Assembly: GCA_964016885.1 (NCBI GenBank)
Contig: OZ024745.1
Coordinates: 100,874,001-100,938,000, forward strand
Length of the DNA: 64,000 nucleotides
Direction of reading: 5' to 3'
Source of the DNA: Eledone cirrhosa
Lineage: Eukaryota
A program made the position numbers and the translations under genes. How positions within the stretch are numbered: the first letter of the stretch is position 1; each line of letters begins with the position of its first letter. Shown here in pieces: positions 28,734-42,419 of the stretch. The notes beneath the pieces were generated by a model. It searched no databases and was not told where the DNA came from. It worked only from the letters and a program-made list of their open reading frames with translations.

Positions 28734-28908
28734 AGCGGTAGATTGGCAGTATCGGTAGAGTGTCGGACACCATGCTTTGCAGGATAGAATTACGGCCCTT
28801 TACGGTCTGAGTTCAAATCCCGCCGAGGTTAACTTTGCCTACATCATTACGGGGTCGATAAAATAAAGCACCAAAATTACTGGCCTTGTGCCTATACTAG
28901 AAATCATT
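28734..28908 (+). mobile_element. SINE family 1
   Basis: Homology, with a short internal deletion. Confidence 0.88.
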
Positions 28909-29189
28909 GTATGTTCATAGACTAATATATACTCACTTAGGCGCCTTTACGCGTCTCTATGAGTGCTTGTATAAATCTTACTTTGTATATTCGTGTACTA
29001 TATTTATTTATATAATTTTTGTGTGTAGCTCTAGCTTTTTGATGCTCTGCACTAATTGACTGCATACGGTATGCTAGGCATCTTGTGTATATATATATAT
29101 ATATACACACACACTCATATACGAGTTTTGTCTCAAAAGTAAGTGTAATGATGTTTTATTTAAAATTAATGGTTATATCTACACTCAAA

Positions 29190-29243
<54 letters not shown>

Positions 29244-30383
29244 AAGTGTGTGTGTGTGTAAATAATATATATATGTATATATATTAGGATAAACTGAGTG
29301 TAGATATAACTAGGCATTTTTTTTAATTATAAACTTTTGAGGACTTATAGATGTACTTATTTTTGATGAGGATGCAATCAAGTCTGAGGTGCCTAAGTAT
29401 AATCTTTTATGATTTTTCGTGAATAGTTGAAAATGTTTAATTCCGTTACGTTATACAAAAAGTAAATCAGATTGCTGCCAGTAAAAGCTGCAATTGCGGG
29501 CTCTGACACACAATCTCTTTCACGAAATGATATACATAGGCTCAAGGGCCTTGTTTCATGGGAGGACCAGGGAAGAAGTCCCCCCCCCCCCCCACCACCA
29601 CCACCACTTTTTCAAACATCTATATTATTTTTTGTATATTTGATATAATAAATTCTTTTTAAGCTTATTTTTTATATCTGAACTTCATTTGAATATATAA
29701 TATGTAAAATTTTACTTATGTTATAGGGTCCGGGAAAGGGACCATAAGCAATTTATGCTCCTTTAAGAATCAACAAATCTTGGTTTGTCCCCCTCACATT
29801 TTTAAGGTAAACGAGACCCCTGCATACGCTGCTATAAGTTGTAGGTATATATATTCAAAAACAGACGACAAAAACTACAACGACACTAACAAAATAGTCT
29901 CATGGTTGATGGCTTTCAGTTATACGATCAAAAATGAAAATCCCAAACGCTTACAAGGTCGAATATTACAATATATATAATAATAAAAATAATAACTCCG
30001 GCGCCTGACAAATTCAAATTTCAACACACCGAATATATAATTTAAGAAAAAAAGGCATAAAACCTATCTATGTATAGTTTTAACAAGAGTATTTTCTCCG
30101 CAAACATATTATTTACATTAAAATATGCAAATAAATGCCGATAGAAAATATCGAATATATATATTAGGGAAATATTTTGAAATTCAAATAAATGTCTTAT
30201 AAGAAAAGATTATTTTTTCAGTAAACCTCTTTAAAAACTATATAAGTACATTTTAAAACTTATTATTTTCATTTGCAGCATAAGGACGGTTTCTTTAAAT
30301 TTTCATTTTGCGCCCTCTTAACATTCGGTTTTATACGCGTTCGGGATTCACGATCGCCATTCCATTAAATGTAATGAACGACA

Positions 30384-30428
<45 letters not shown>

Positions 30429-30429
<1 letters not shown>

Positions 30430-31170
30430 TAGCTAAACTACCCGTTCTTTGGACGGTTCAAGTAGCTTTCGATGTAGCTCATTAAACTAAACAAAGTAAA
30501 TTTGAATACATAGAAGAAAAACGTATTTTATGTAAACATGAAAACCTTAGGCACTTTTCCAGCGAAATAATTAATATGTGAGCTCGGTGTCATCCGTTAT
30601 ACCATGTAACAACAAAAATCCAGTCTAGGTATACACTTTTTTTGACAACAGTAAAAGCGCATCATGAAATAGAGAAGTGAAGTGAATAATAGACACTATT
30701 ATGTACAAAGCATAATATTGTAAAAGTTATGACATCACTTAATGTATGAACATCAAGCTTGAAACGATAAATTATACAATGCCAAATCTATAACTTAACT
30801 TAGTAATCTGTTAGAAATTGCTGGTTGTGAAATATACAAAATGATATTGTTAGTCTCAAGGAAGCGTACCTTTTGTTTCAAGTAGAAAGAATAAATTAAA
30901 ATCCGAATGAGCCGAATTACGAAAGATAACTCTTGTATTACTTAAAGATAACTCTTGTCTTACTTAGTCACGAAAATTCACACAAATAACCGAAATTTTT
31001 TAATGTCTCCAAAGGCCCCAATATTGATTTTTGAAAGCCTTTGTAGATCATGTACGGGTTCTGTGTAAGGAGAAGCTCTGTAAAAATTTGAAAGAAATCG
31101 CATGAATGGTTTAGAATATATGAGCCCTCATTAAAAATTGACCACACACATATAAAACTTCGTCTTTATA
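30429..31170 (-). mobile_element. Non-autonomous Helitron-like element
   Basis: Reverse complement ends hairpin CCGTCCAAAGAACGG, then GTAGTTTAG-CTAG; other end (TA)nAAAG as at 6380. Confidence 0.6.
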
Positions 31171-31300
31171 TATATATACAGATATATATAAAAGAGTGTT
31201 GAAGTTTGCTTGAAGCAGTGTGGAATAATAAAATTGGTGGTTTTGGAAGCCTCAACAAAAATTTACCCGTCTGCATTATTGAGGCTTCCAAAACGAACAA

Positions 31301-31402
<102 letters not shown>

Positions 31403-31486
31403 CTATCTATCTATCTATTTTCTATCTATCTATCTATCTATCTTTCTATCTATCTATCTATCTATATTTATATATATATATATATG

Positions 31487-32071
31487 GTGAATCCATACGT
31501 ACATATATATATGCGTGCATGTATGTATATATATATATACATACTACTGTACGTCTGTATACATATATGTATGTACGTGTACATACTTATATTTAAGTAA
31601 CAGCCGTACTAATAGTGGGAAATGAAATTTCGTTTCATTTTTTCCGTTTATCGTTTTTGGTGCACCCGGCCGATTAACCCACTCGATATGCAAATTGGGC
31701 TACTCAGCCGTTAATATGCATAAGGTAAGTATATACGTTCAACAATCTGGCAGGAAGGTATACGTTGCTGACGATAGCTAATAAGCATGAAACTAGTACA
31801 GCGTTCCTTTGTCAGTGTTGAACAAACGAGCAACGATGGTTGCTGGACACTACGGCTTAATATAGGATGTTTGTTTACAAACACACCGAGCATTATAATA
31901 AATGTTCGGTGAATCCATACGTACATATATATATATGTGTGCATGTATGTATATATATATACATACTACTGTACGTCTGTATACATATATGTATGTACGT
32001 GTACATACTTATATTTAAGTAACAGCCGTACTAAGAGTGGGAAATAAAATTTCGTTTCATTTTTTCCGTTT
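31487..32071 (+). mobile_element. PLE family D 3' end as a partial tandem; hammerhead at 31762-31804
   Basis: 31487-31650 repeats directly at 31908-32071; ACGTTG-CTGACGA...GAAACTAGTA-CAGCGT. Confidence 0.75.
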
Positions 32072-32100
32072 ATATATATATATATTTATATATATATATA

Positions 32101-33400
32101 AGCAAAGAGTTATTTAATTTGTTGGTTATTCAACAAATTTATTTATAATAGATTCGAAGCGCTCTACAGATTTTCTTCTGGAGTATAATATCAATAATAT
32201 TAATAAATGGAAACTATCTTTATAAAACCATATTTATTTTATTATATATATTTCAAGGGTACCAACATTTTTGGTACGCGCTCATCAGATAAAATACAAA
32301 AGTTGTTTTATAGATAGTGACATATTCAAGAACAAGAACTTATCGTTTTAAGTTCTGTTTGAATAGTGAAAGACATTCAAATCTTAGGATGAATATGTTA
32401 ATGAGGGTAACGTAAAGTTGAAAAAGATCGTTATATTTAGACGCTAGGTAAATTTAAATAATTATTAGTGTTATTTTTTAAGCGAAGAAGAAGAGAGAGG
32501 TTAATATTAGGGTGTAAGAAAATTCAAGGGAAGAATATAAGAAAAATATATATTATAGTTAGAAATAGACTATTATTATTAATATATAAATGTATGGATC
32601 GTATTAGTGGTGGTGTAGAGAAAATGAAATTATTATATTTATTTATTTAATTATATAATTATATATTTTGGTAGTATTTATAATATAATATGAGAATTAT
32701 AAATGTGTTGAAGATGTAGAATATCAAATAAAAAAAATAATGATAGATACTACTAATTATTGGGTCTATTCTATTTTAATATTATAAGTATATTTTAAGT
32801 ATATTTTATGAAGAATTTGGGTTGTAAGTATATTTTATTTTATTATATTACAACAGGTTATTTATATAAATATTTATAGAAATAATTTTGGTGAGTATAT
32901 ATGTTGTTTTTATTAATAGATAGATAATTTAAATATCTTTTATATGTGAATAATTACGATGAATTTCCTGTTTACATTTTCAATATATATTTCAGAATAA
33001 AGAAGTAGTTCTATTTTATTATAGAAGATTATTTTGTACATTCAATATTTGCATCAAGATAGGAATACATTTACAATTTACGAAGTTAAGGAAAATTATA
33101 CAAAATTTTAATATTTATGTAAAGTTTAGTTGTTACTTAGAAGACATGTGTAAGCGTGTTACATTATACATATTTCTTACATAAAATATTTATATTTACC
33201 GATTAATTCTAGTATTTATTTTAAAAAAATATTCCAATCAAGATATATGTAAAATATATGTAAAAAATATATATTATTTTATATATGATTTTACAGTATC
33301 ATATATTACATATTTTCTAAGATAAAAATTCTTTTATATATGTATTTAGATAGCATTCCTTATATTTGTGCATATGTTAGTGCTAATATGCATATATATG
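32101..33400 (-). mobile_element. PLE family C-related copy with tail, hammerhead (32235-32296) and very AT-rich body (5' limit uncertain)
   Basis: TATTTTAT-CTGATGA-GCGC-GTACCAA...TTGGTAC-CCTT-GAAA-TATATA-TA-ATAAAATA; tail homologous to 62113-62218. Confidence 0.65.
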
Positions 33401-33698
33401 TATTGATGCCTATACAGTCTATTAGGAAGAAATATTCCAGACATTAAAAGTATATTCAGAAACATCACTAAAACCATCACAAAAAGGTATATTTCAAAAT
33501 ATCATTTAGAAAATCATTTAAAAGGGATGTCATTTAGAAAAATATCATTCAAAAAGAATTTCGCTATAATATTGCAGATAGCGATTTTAAAACGCATCCA
33601 ATCAGATACTAGCCAATGAAACATATGTTAATGCTTGGAATAAACCCTACCGTATAGCTTATCCTTGTTATTCTTTATTCATTATATATATATATATA

Positions 33699-33972
33699 CA
33701 ACAAAGAGGGCGTGGTAAGTTACCAGGTGGACCATACCGCACCAGAGTACTCAATACTTAGGGCAGGAGAGTGGGTACGAGGAAAAGAGTCAGGACCCCG
33801 ACGGCTGTGCTCCGGCCGTTTCGACAACTAGATCCGAACTAAACCACCAGTATAAGAACGGCGGGAATCTAGAGTTTGAGCTAGATTCCCGCCGTTCTAA
33901 TACTGGTGGTTTAGTTCGGATCTAGCTGCCGAAACGGCCGGAGCCCAGCCATCGGGGTCCTGACTCCTTTCC
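33699..33972 (-). mobile_element. PLE-like family B fold-back element
   Basis: Palindrome 33781-33972 plus unpaired tail 33699-33780; TA-flanked. Confidence 0.75.
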
Positions 33973-34214
33973 TATATATATATACATATATACATATATA
34001 TATATACAGGGACAGTGGAAGTGTGTGTGGGGAGGGGGGTATGCCCCTTTCCTCCAATAATTACATTTTTCTCCCTAAACTACAAAAACAAACATCTATT
34101 TGTATATTTGCTACACTTTATGTAGCAACTGGCTTTCCATCCTAACTAGACACAGCAAGCCTTGGTAGCGGAGATGACATGCGTCCTGAAATATCGAATC
34201 ACTCGCTTCCTTCT

Positions 34215-34490
34215 TGAAGGATGTAGATCCCTGATCTGGGACTTCACATGTTATGACACGTTTCTCCGCCTCCAGCTTAGTCACTTCGGCCTCAGTACAG
34301 CGGCCCGGGGACTGTCCGGCCTATTCCTCTTCGCACCGGTCGCCGTCGAGACCCCAGGCGTACTTGGACCCCGTACAATCGAGCTCCTCTGCAAGATCAG
34401 AACGTCGGCGACCCGTCTGAGGAAGGAGCCCCGCGAGGTGGAGTGGCTGTTGCAGCGGATGTCACTGGCCATTGTCCGCGGAGCGCAGCC
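34215..34490 (+). pseudogene. CRE-like restriction-like endonuclease C-terminus
   Basis: SLIWDFTCYDTF...FAPVAVETPGVLGP...EPREVEWLLQRMSLAIVRG. Confidence 0.75.
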
Positions 34491-34933
34491 CCTCTACCGC
34501 CTCACCCTAGACCTAGAGTCCAATCCTCCCCCCGTTTATTCTTTCTTTTTCACGTTTTTCTCTATATTTTCCTATTTCACACTCCATTCTTCTCAATCTA
34601 AATTTTCCATTTCTGTCTTTCTCCCTTAAACTGTATTTACATGATATATTCCATAAATAAAATAATTTATTATCACATTTATATACATGTTATGTACAGA
34701 CAGATGGGAAAGATTGATATAGATATAGAGAGGGATTGGAAAAGCGTTCCATGTATTAGATGTAGAGAGGGGGGAGTTTGGTGGTAATGAATAGAGTGAG
34801 AGGATTGATAGAGATAGGTATTGATAGATATAGAGAGAGGAAGTTTGGTAGTGATGGATAGAGTGAGGGGGAATAAGAGAGAGTGCTGTATGGTAGATAT
34901 AGTGAGGGGGATAGGTCAGTGGTAATTGATATA

Positions 34934-36105
34934 AATTTCTATTTATTTGCCACAAGGGCATCAAAGATTGGGACAAATACAAAGGGGGGAGTTTACATAC
35001 ATTTCCACTGTTTACATACTTCCCTCCACTGAAATGTTTATATAAGTTAGCCCGTCCAGAGGCATGCGTTGTGGGATATTCGCTATTCGTTCTGGGCTCA
35101 TTTGCACCAGAACTTCTACGCTGGTCCCACCAAATACACCTCCGAAGGACTTTCCTATTGAAATTATCCTGTCTTCATCAAAGTCAATGATTCCACATAG
35201 TATCCACCAAATATTTACATTTGGTGTGATACTCATGATTTTTATTCTTTGTGTCCTTTTTCCTCTGTATGTGGGGAAAAAGGTGAAGCGGGAGGACACA
35301 ATGGGTGATACCGAGTATTTTTGTGCTGTTGACTGGTTATTCATTAGTACCGAAATGCTACCAAACAGTTTACCTTTTTGTATGAAGGTTATGTCCTTCA
35401 TTGCATCTTTTAGAACCAGCTCAATTTCATTTTGTGATAATTGAGCTGGTTTTCTTGTTTCGTTCGATATTGTCCTGAAAACCACAGTTTAAAAAACACC
35501 GTTTTCGCCAAAAGTCACGAATTGTTTTGCGGCTTGTAGTAGTTGTTTAGCATTTGTTATGTCAATTGGCGTGTATAGTTCGTTTTTTTATACAGTCTGT
35601 GCGAACGTTGTTTTGGTGTTGTTGTCTTTTTTGTTGCTGTTGTTGTTGTCACTGTTGGTAATATTGTTCATGTTTTCCTTGGTGTTGCTATTGTTGCAGT
35701 TGTTGGTTGTGGTGTTATTGTCATTGTTCTTGTTGTTGGTGCTGGTATTATTTACCTGGTTTGGTTTCGTGGTTTCAATATTTTCAACGTTTTTCGATAA
35801 TGCGAGGGGGGAAGGCTGCAAGCTTTGTACTCCTACCTTCCCTCCACCACTTTTCTTAGTGGGCGTGGCACTCACGACAGTGTGCGAGGTTGAAATGGCA
35901 TCCATTGCTGACTACCAAGTCTACACAGTTTGGAGATGAAAATGAAAATTTCGCCCCAGAAAGGGGCGAAAATTAGTTGACTCAACGTCTGAAGGCCCAG
36001 GCAAGGGGTTAAACTAAACAATGCTATTAAATTGAGCAATGAGCTCACAGTTTTTTTGACAGTAATCCGTAAAAATCCGGAGCGAAGTAAGTCACGTCTA
36101 TACCA
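34934..36105 (-). mobile_element. Internally deleted L1/Tx1-like LINE (5' UTR, ORF1 part, short 3' end)
   Basis: 16-bp TSD AGTGGTAATTGATATA (34918, 36106); AATAAA near the 3' end. Confidence 0.7.
35012..35905 (-). pseudogene. LINE ORF1-like reading frame with two in-frame TAA stops
   Basis: ORFs 35588-35905 and 35012-35485 share one frame; Asn-rich N-terminus, TFAQTV, PTYRGKRT, ends ISVEG. Confidence 0.6.
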
Positions 36106-36414
36106 AGTGGTAATTGATATAGAGAGGACATTGGGAATGTTGTATGGTTGAGGGAGAGAGTTTAGTGGTAATGAATAGAGTGAGAGGATTGATAGAGATA
36201 GGTAAAGATATATATAGAGAGAGGGAGAGAGTTTGGTAGTGATGGATAGAGTGAGATGGATTGAGAGAGTGTTGTATGATATATATAGAGAGGGCGATAG
36301 TTTGGTGATATTTGATATAGAGAGTGTGTCTAGGAGAGTGTGTTGTATATTAGATATAGAGAGGAGGAGAGATTAATAGAGATGGGTATTGGAAGTGATT
36401 TCCGTGTAGTAGAT

Positions 36415-36505
36415 ATCCTCATCATCCGGCGGCTTCAGCCGAAATGGACTCAACAATTGATCTCCACGTAGGTTTGTTGTTCATTGCCTTTGCCAAGTTC
36501 TGGAT
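36415..36505 (-). mobile_element. RTE-like LINE extreme 3' fragment
   Basis: Translates QNLAKAMNNKPTWRSIV, then a TGATGA tail. Confidence 0.45.
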
Positions 36506-36626
36506 TTCAATACCAGAATCTCTGGTATTGAATCTCTATATTAGATATAGAGAGGGGAAGAGTTTTGTGCTAATGGAACTGCTGGGCCGAGGAACATATC
36601 TGCCACTTCTAGTTCTATGAAATAAC

Positions 36627-36798
36627 TGTTTCTACTTTTGGCACAAGGCCAGCAAATGCCCAGTACATTACTGGTACTTTATTTTATCGACCCCGTAAGG
36701 ATGAAAGGCAAAGTTGACCTCGGCGGGATTTGAACTCAGACCGTAAAGGGGCGTAACTATGCTGGAAAGCATGGCGTCCGACTCTCTACTGATACTGC
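36627..36798 (-). mobile_element. SINE family 1
   Basis: 12-bp TSD CTATGAAATAAC. Confidence 0.92.
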
Positions 36799-37390
36799 CT
36801 ATGAAATAACACCACCTATTTTAAAGGATTCCTATTTAAATTAAAAGCTTCCAATATAATTTCACACAAGAGTCTCTTGTTAAGTTATCTTACAAATAGT
36901 AATTTACAGATTGAGGACAGTTAGTTTTCCTAGATTGAACATTTAGATCTAATGAAGAAACATGAATAAATCCTTAATAGAGTTCTGTTTTAAATATAAC
37001 AGGCTTGACAGAAATACTGCTCCCTTATTTATACACGAGCACACATCCATCCATCCATCCATACATACATACATACATACATACATACATACATACATAC
37101 ATACATACATACATACATACAGACACATACATACATCTATATATACGATAGAGAAAAAAGCACACACACACACATATATATGTGCTCTAATATATATAAT
37201 ACATACATATATATATATATACATACATATAATACATGGATACACACACACACATATACATATAGACATACATATGTATATAATGTAATGTGTTCGTTCA
37301 CTTTCGAGCGGCAGAGAAAGATGGAGAGAGAGGGAGAAATAAGGGGGAGGAGAGAGAGATATAGAGAGGGAGAGAGAGAGAGTGTGTGTG

Positions 37391-37487
<97 letters not shown>

Positions 37488-40400
37488 CGTAGCGACAGAG
37501 ACAAACAAACAGTGGGATATAGTTTTTTTTTTAAAAAGGAATAAATAAAATGGATGAAACAAAACAAAACAAATTCTATTTCCGTAGATACTGCTACGCC
37601 CTTACTAAGCGCGAGCTGGGGCTGTTTGTTATGGTAAGGCTAAGTTTCTTAGAAATTCCACCATCAGGTGCTGCCAAAGTATAAAGATTCTTATACATAT
37701 ATATTGTGTATTTCTTTCCCTTTGAAAAATATTGGTTTTTATAGTAGTTGTGGTGTTGAAAAACTAGGTGTCATGATGTTTAGTCCGTAGTCAACACTAT
37801 TTATACATTATTGTGTTGAAGGGGATTCCACCTGTGACCATTTAGTCTTCATTTTTTTTTTTTTTTACCATGGGGTGCGATTTGAGAGGGATTTGACTAC
37901 TATTCTTATCACGTCGAATGATTCCACACAGGCCCCCTCTACATTAAGGGTATATAAATATATCTACCTTCCGGACAACTCACTGGTGGCACAATAAGTG
38001 AAGTTATCTTCTGACAGAGGAGATGAAATGAATGGTTATATAACCTGACCGACTGGTTATCTTCTTTAACAATTTAAATTACGTTAGCTATATAAAATTA
38101 CATTGGTATATTATTGTCATGATTCTTTACTTCACAGTCTCACAGAGTATCGATGTTTAAAGCCATAGGTCCCAAGTCACGTTTTTTTCCGCTAAATCTG
38201 GACGAGAGCATCACGCTTGAAGAAGGAGCACCACGAAGTAAGATATCAGATGCCTCGGGTGTCGCTGGCTGTTCTCTGTGGTAATGTTTTCGCTGTCTGA
38301 TCCGTGGGACGCAGCTGAGATATGCTGCTTAGCCAAAGATTTAGAGTTTACCACCTCCACATTTCACTTGTTTTCTCTCTCTTTTATCTTTTTTTGAAGC
38401 AAAGTTTGCCATGTGTATTTTGTGAAAGAAAATTTGTCAAATGTCTTAGCACCCGCGCACCTCTATTATTTTTCTTTTTTGTTCGGTAAAATTTTTTCAA
38501 CGATGTGTTTTTATTATACTCGCTTAAGTTTAGGTATACGTTCTTGGCTTCGTATGAAGAAAATAAAAATAAAGCAAAAACTGAAAAGGGGCGGATTTCC
38601 TATCAAGCAATTGTTAGTTCTTTTAGAGAGACTTCCGGTTAGTGATATATGGCTGTAATGCTATTTAGCCGTATGTAAGACTTTAAATGAAAGACAGTTG
38701 ACAGATGCTTTCTTGTATCAACAATACTTTATGCTGTACGCATCTCAGCTGTTCCACAGAATATGATGAATCTATAGAACTATGCTGGCATCCACCAACT
38801 GGAAGAAATCATCCACTTCTACTAAGTTTGTTACGCACCAATTTATTTGATAAGTAACAGCCGAATGACTAAAATGAATATTCCTTGGTTCCTGAATGTT
38901 GGGTTTCTATTCTGCTCCAGATGTTTGTTCTAGTGATATTTGATTCAATCTGATCTGCTCTAATGGACTGCAGTGATTTTAATAAACCCTAAATATATCT
39001 TGTTAATGGGTTAACAGACACAATACCAAATTAATATAATCTAAAATTTATTTGTTCGATAAAATATTTTTAAAGGACACAACCGAACCCATGACTTTTG
39101 CAGGCTCTCCCAGACTAGTGAAAATAATGTGAATGCTGCAAGTCCATATCTAGAAGAAAAATATGGGCGGTGGCTGGTCTGAATGTGTGCAACAGTATGA
39201 ACTCCATGAAACACCGACGGATCAGCTGCCGCTATAGTTGCTTAGCCCCAGGTCAGCTTGGATTCAGCACACTTTTATATTTATCTTGTTTTAAATGTGT
39301 GATTAATGGAAGGGTTATCTTCTATTTTTAATAAGTCTAGTGACTGCATTGAAGCTGTGTGAAAGGCCTAAAAGTTAAGAGTAAGTGATACATTTTGTGC
39401 TATCTATAAAATATAAAAAAAAAGTGCATAAATTGTCGACCGGAAAGCTAGTTGCAGACGAAAACTCTCTCTGCAGCAATTTTGAATAAAATACTATAGA
39501 CATGATTTCGAAAATTTGTGTTTTGTTTTGAAAATCAAAAATAAACTGAAACGGTACTGATACGAGTTTGGAATTTATTTTTTCATAAAAATACTATCAT
39601 TATACATATTTTAACACGAAACATTTATTTGGGTCTCCTTAATCCAAAATATATTATATTCTTTCATTAATTCAATGTCGTTTGAAATTATATTTAGACT
39701 TAGTTTACTGCTGATCTTTGATTAATGCTGAATATCAAACATTTCAGTTTTATAAAATATACATATTTTGCAAATTATTCTCTTTTATTGGTTTCAATCA
39801 TAAGATTTTGGCCAAGCTGGAGTATCACATTTGATTAATACACATTTATGTGGGTTAATCAATTAAATCTGTGTATACATTACTTTGGCTTACACCACTA
39901 CTATGCAGTCGACATCCATATTCTAGCGAGTTTTCAACATATTTATCACGTGATCAAGCCATTAAGAAACAGATTCCTGCCTCACACGGAAAATTTCAGA
40001 AATTAATAAAAATATCGCAAGCTATATATTATGTTTTTTCGTTTGTATTTATGTTTTATTTTAACATACTTCTTGTTGTTGATATTTTTGCTGGTTGGGT
40101 AAGTTTTGTGGAATGCGCCATTATAGATAAGTCCTACGGCACTAAAATAATGGTACAACTTAATTAGTTTATCATATATAATTTATTAATGTTTTTGTTA
40201 TTACTATTTATATTGATTTGTTTTTCTACTTTTGGTTTTAATCTTCTTTTGGTTTTCATTTTTCGCCCAAAGTTCTTCATTTTCTTCTTCTCCTACCTAC
40301 GTCCTCCATTTACCATTATTGTTGTTGTGGGTGGCAGGGCGGGGGATAATTATGATAATAAGGATTTTCTTATTACCATCGCTATCGCAGATGCTGCCAT

Positions 40401-40802
40401 TTTTTTGTCTTTCACTTCTTAGTTTCCTCCCTCCTCCTTCTCATTATCATAATCATAACAACAATCATCACCCATTTCCCCAAGTTTCAAAATTCGCCAG
40501 AAGGCGGGAAATTTCTTCATTGTTTGGCAAACAGGAAATTGCATGAGCCATTACAATCCGTGTCTAAAGAAAATGCACCTTTAAATCTGTTTCAATATCC
40601 TCTTTGCATACAATTTAGGATACAGCAATATTTCGAATTTATAACAGGCAAATGAAATCGTTGAATTTATCAATCTCATTAAGTTACTTAAAAGTTCAGA
40701 CATAATGTAGTTTTTCAATATTTCGGTACAACAGAAATTATATATGTCAAGTGAAAATATAGATTTTTTTTGCTCTTTTAATTCCGTGTAGATTTGTATT
40801 CA

Positions 40803-40960
40803 AGGTCGCAAATTGGCAGAATCGTTAGAACATTGGATAGAATGCTTTGTGGTATTCAATCAGGCTCTCTATGCTCTGATTTCAAATCCCATGGTGGTCA
40901 ACTTTGGTATTTATTTTATCGAGGACGATAACAAATTGCCAGTTTCGTACTGCGGTTAAT
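40803..40960 (+). mobile_element. Old diverged SINE family 1
   Basis: TTGGCAGAATCGTTAG...GATTTCAAATCCC...GGTCAACTTTG. Confidence 0.6.
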
Positions 40961-41651
40961 ACATCTATATCTCTTTCAAATTTTCTCTCAATCACAATCT
41001 CTCAAGAAATTGGTTATGTCCAGACCTGTAGCGCGGGTGGTCTCCGCCAGGTTTAAAATCCCCCCCCCCCCACCCCCACCCCAAAATAAAAAAAATAAAC
41101 TTAACACTTCGGTACCCCTTCAACTCTACCAAAAGTTACGGATCCATAAATACATATAGATTCGTATTCAAGTTAAAGTATTTATCGAAAACGCATTCAT
41201 TAATGGCTATGCACATTATTTGTTCATATTTTACAAGAATATTGAATGAAACCCTGTATTGATATTTGCATAAATATTATTAAAAGATGAACTTACTGCC
41301 TAATAAGAAATATTTTGCCATTATTTGCGAATGCAAGAGAGGATTGTTTATTTTGAAAGTTCACAACAAACTTCACACAAATATGATTATTAAGATAGCA
41401 TTTATAAATGAATTTGTATGGAAAACAGAGCTGTAATGTCGGTGTCAGCTGATATAGTTCGAAATCTGTTGCTTTCTTTTTCCAATTTTGATTAACATCG
41501 TAGAAAAATATCTTTTAAGTCAATGAGATAAGAAGTAACCACATCGACTAAACCACCTTCCGTATAAATATTTCGTGGATGTTAAGCGCCTAGGTATATT
41601 CAGTCGATCACACCAAAGTTCAGATGTATTATGATCTTGACCATCTCATTA

Positions 41652-41860
41652 TTGGCAGTATCGGTAGAGGGTCGGACAACATGCTTTGCAGCAAAGAGTT
41701 ACGGCCCTTTATGATCTGAGTTCAAATCCCGCCGAGGTTAACTTTGCCTTTCATCCTTACGGCGTCGATAAAATAAAGTACCAGTCACGCACTGGGGTCG
41801 ATTTAATCGTCTTTTTTCTCCCCAAAAATAGTTGGTCTTGCGCCTATATAAGAAACCATT
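41652..41860 (+). mobile_element. SINE family 1, long variant
   Basis: Homology to other copies. Confidence 0.9.
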
Positions 41861-42419
41861 AATATTTCAGACATAGTGTATCTAGGATTACATTTACCAA
41901 TGTCTTCTTTCTTTATAATGCTTTGAGAGATATTTCACTACTAAATTCAGCAGGTCGTTGGCTGGGTAACTATATATAGTTTTGTGTCAATCTGAGAAAT
42001 CGAGATTTAAAAGAATTTAATAATAATGACTTTCGATAAATAATGTAGATTAATTGGCCAGAAATGCCGCAGCTTGAAGCCATTTAAATTCTATCGTTAA
42101 TAACCTATACAATGCTTGAAAGGTCAGTATTATGCATATTTAAGAAACCACTTCCGGCATATGTGATAGTTTTAGAGGAAATACTACATATACGGTTATA
42201 TTCACATTTGTTATATTTGATTTATTGTATAATTATATATTCTTAAGTATCAAAGTATTTTAGAAGGTCGAAACGCTGTTTCAGTGTAATAGTGGACATG
42301 AGAATGAGTGGTTTGGTCACTACAGTGCTACGGTTAAATTTCAGAGGCCTGGCGAAACGTACCAGCATGAGTAAAATCCCCTACCTGAGAGACGTAGCCT
42401 CAGGCAATAAGCAATATAC

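Noticed and set aside
38630-38642. ETS-like ACTTCCGGT as a promoter
   Set aside because: A short motif expected by chance, with no independent support.
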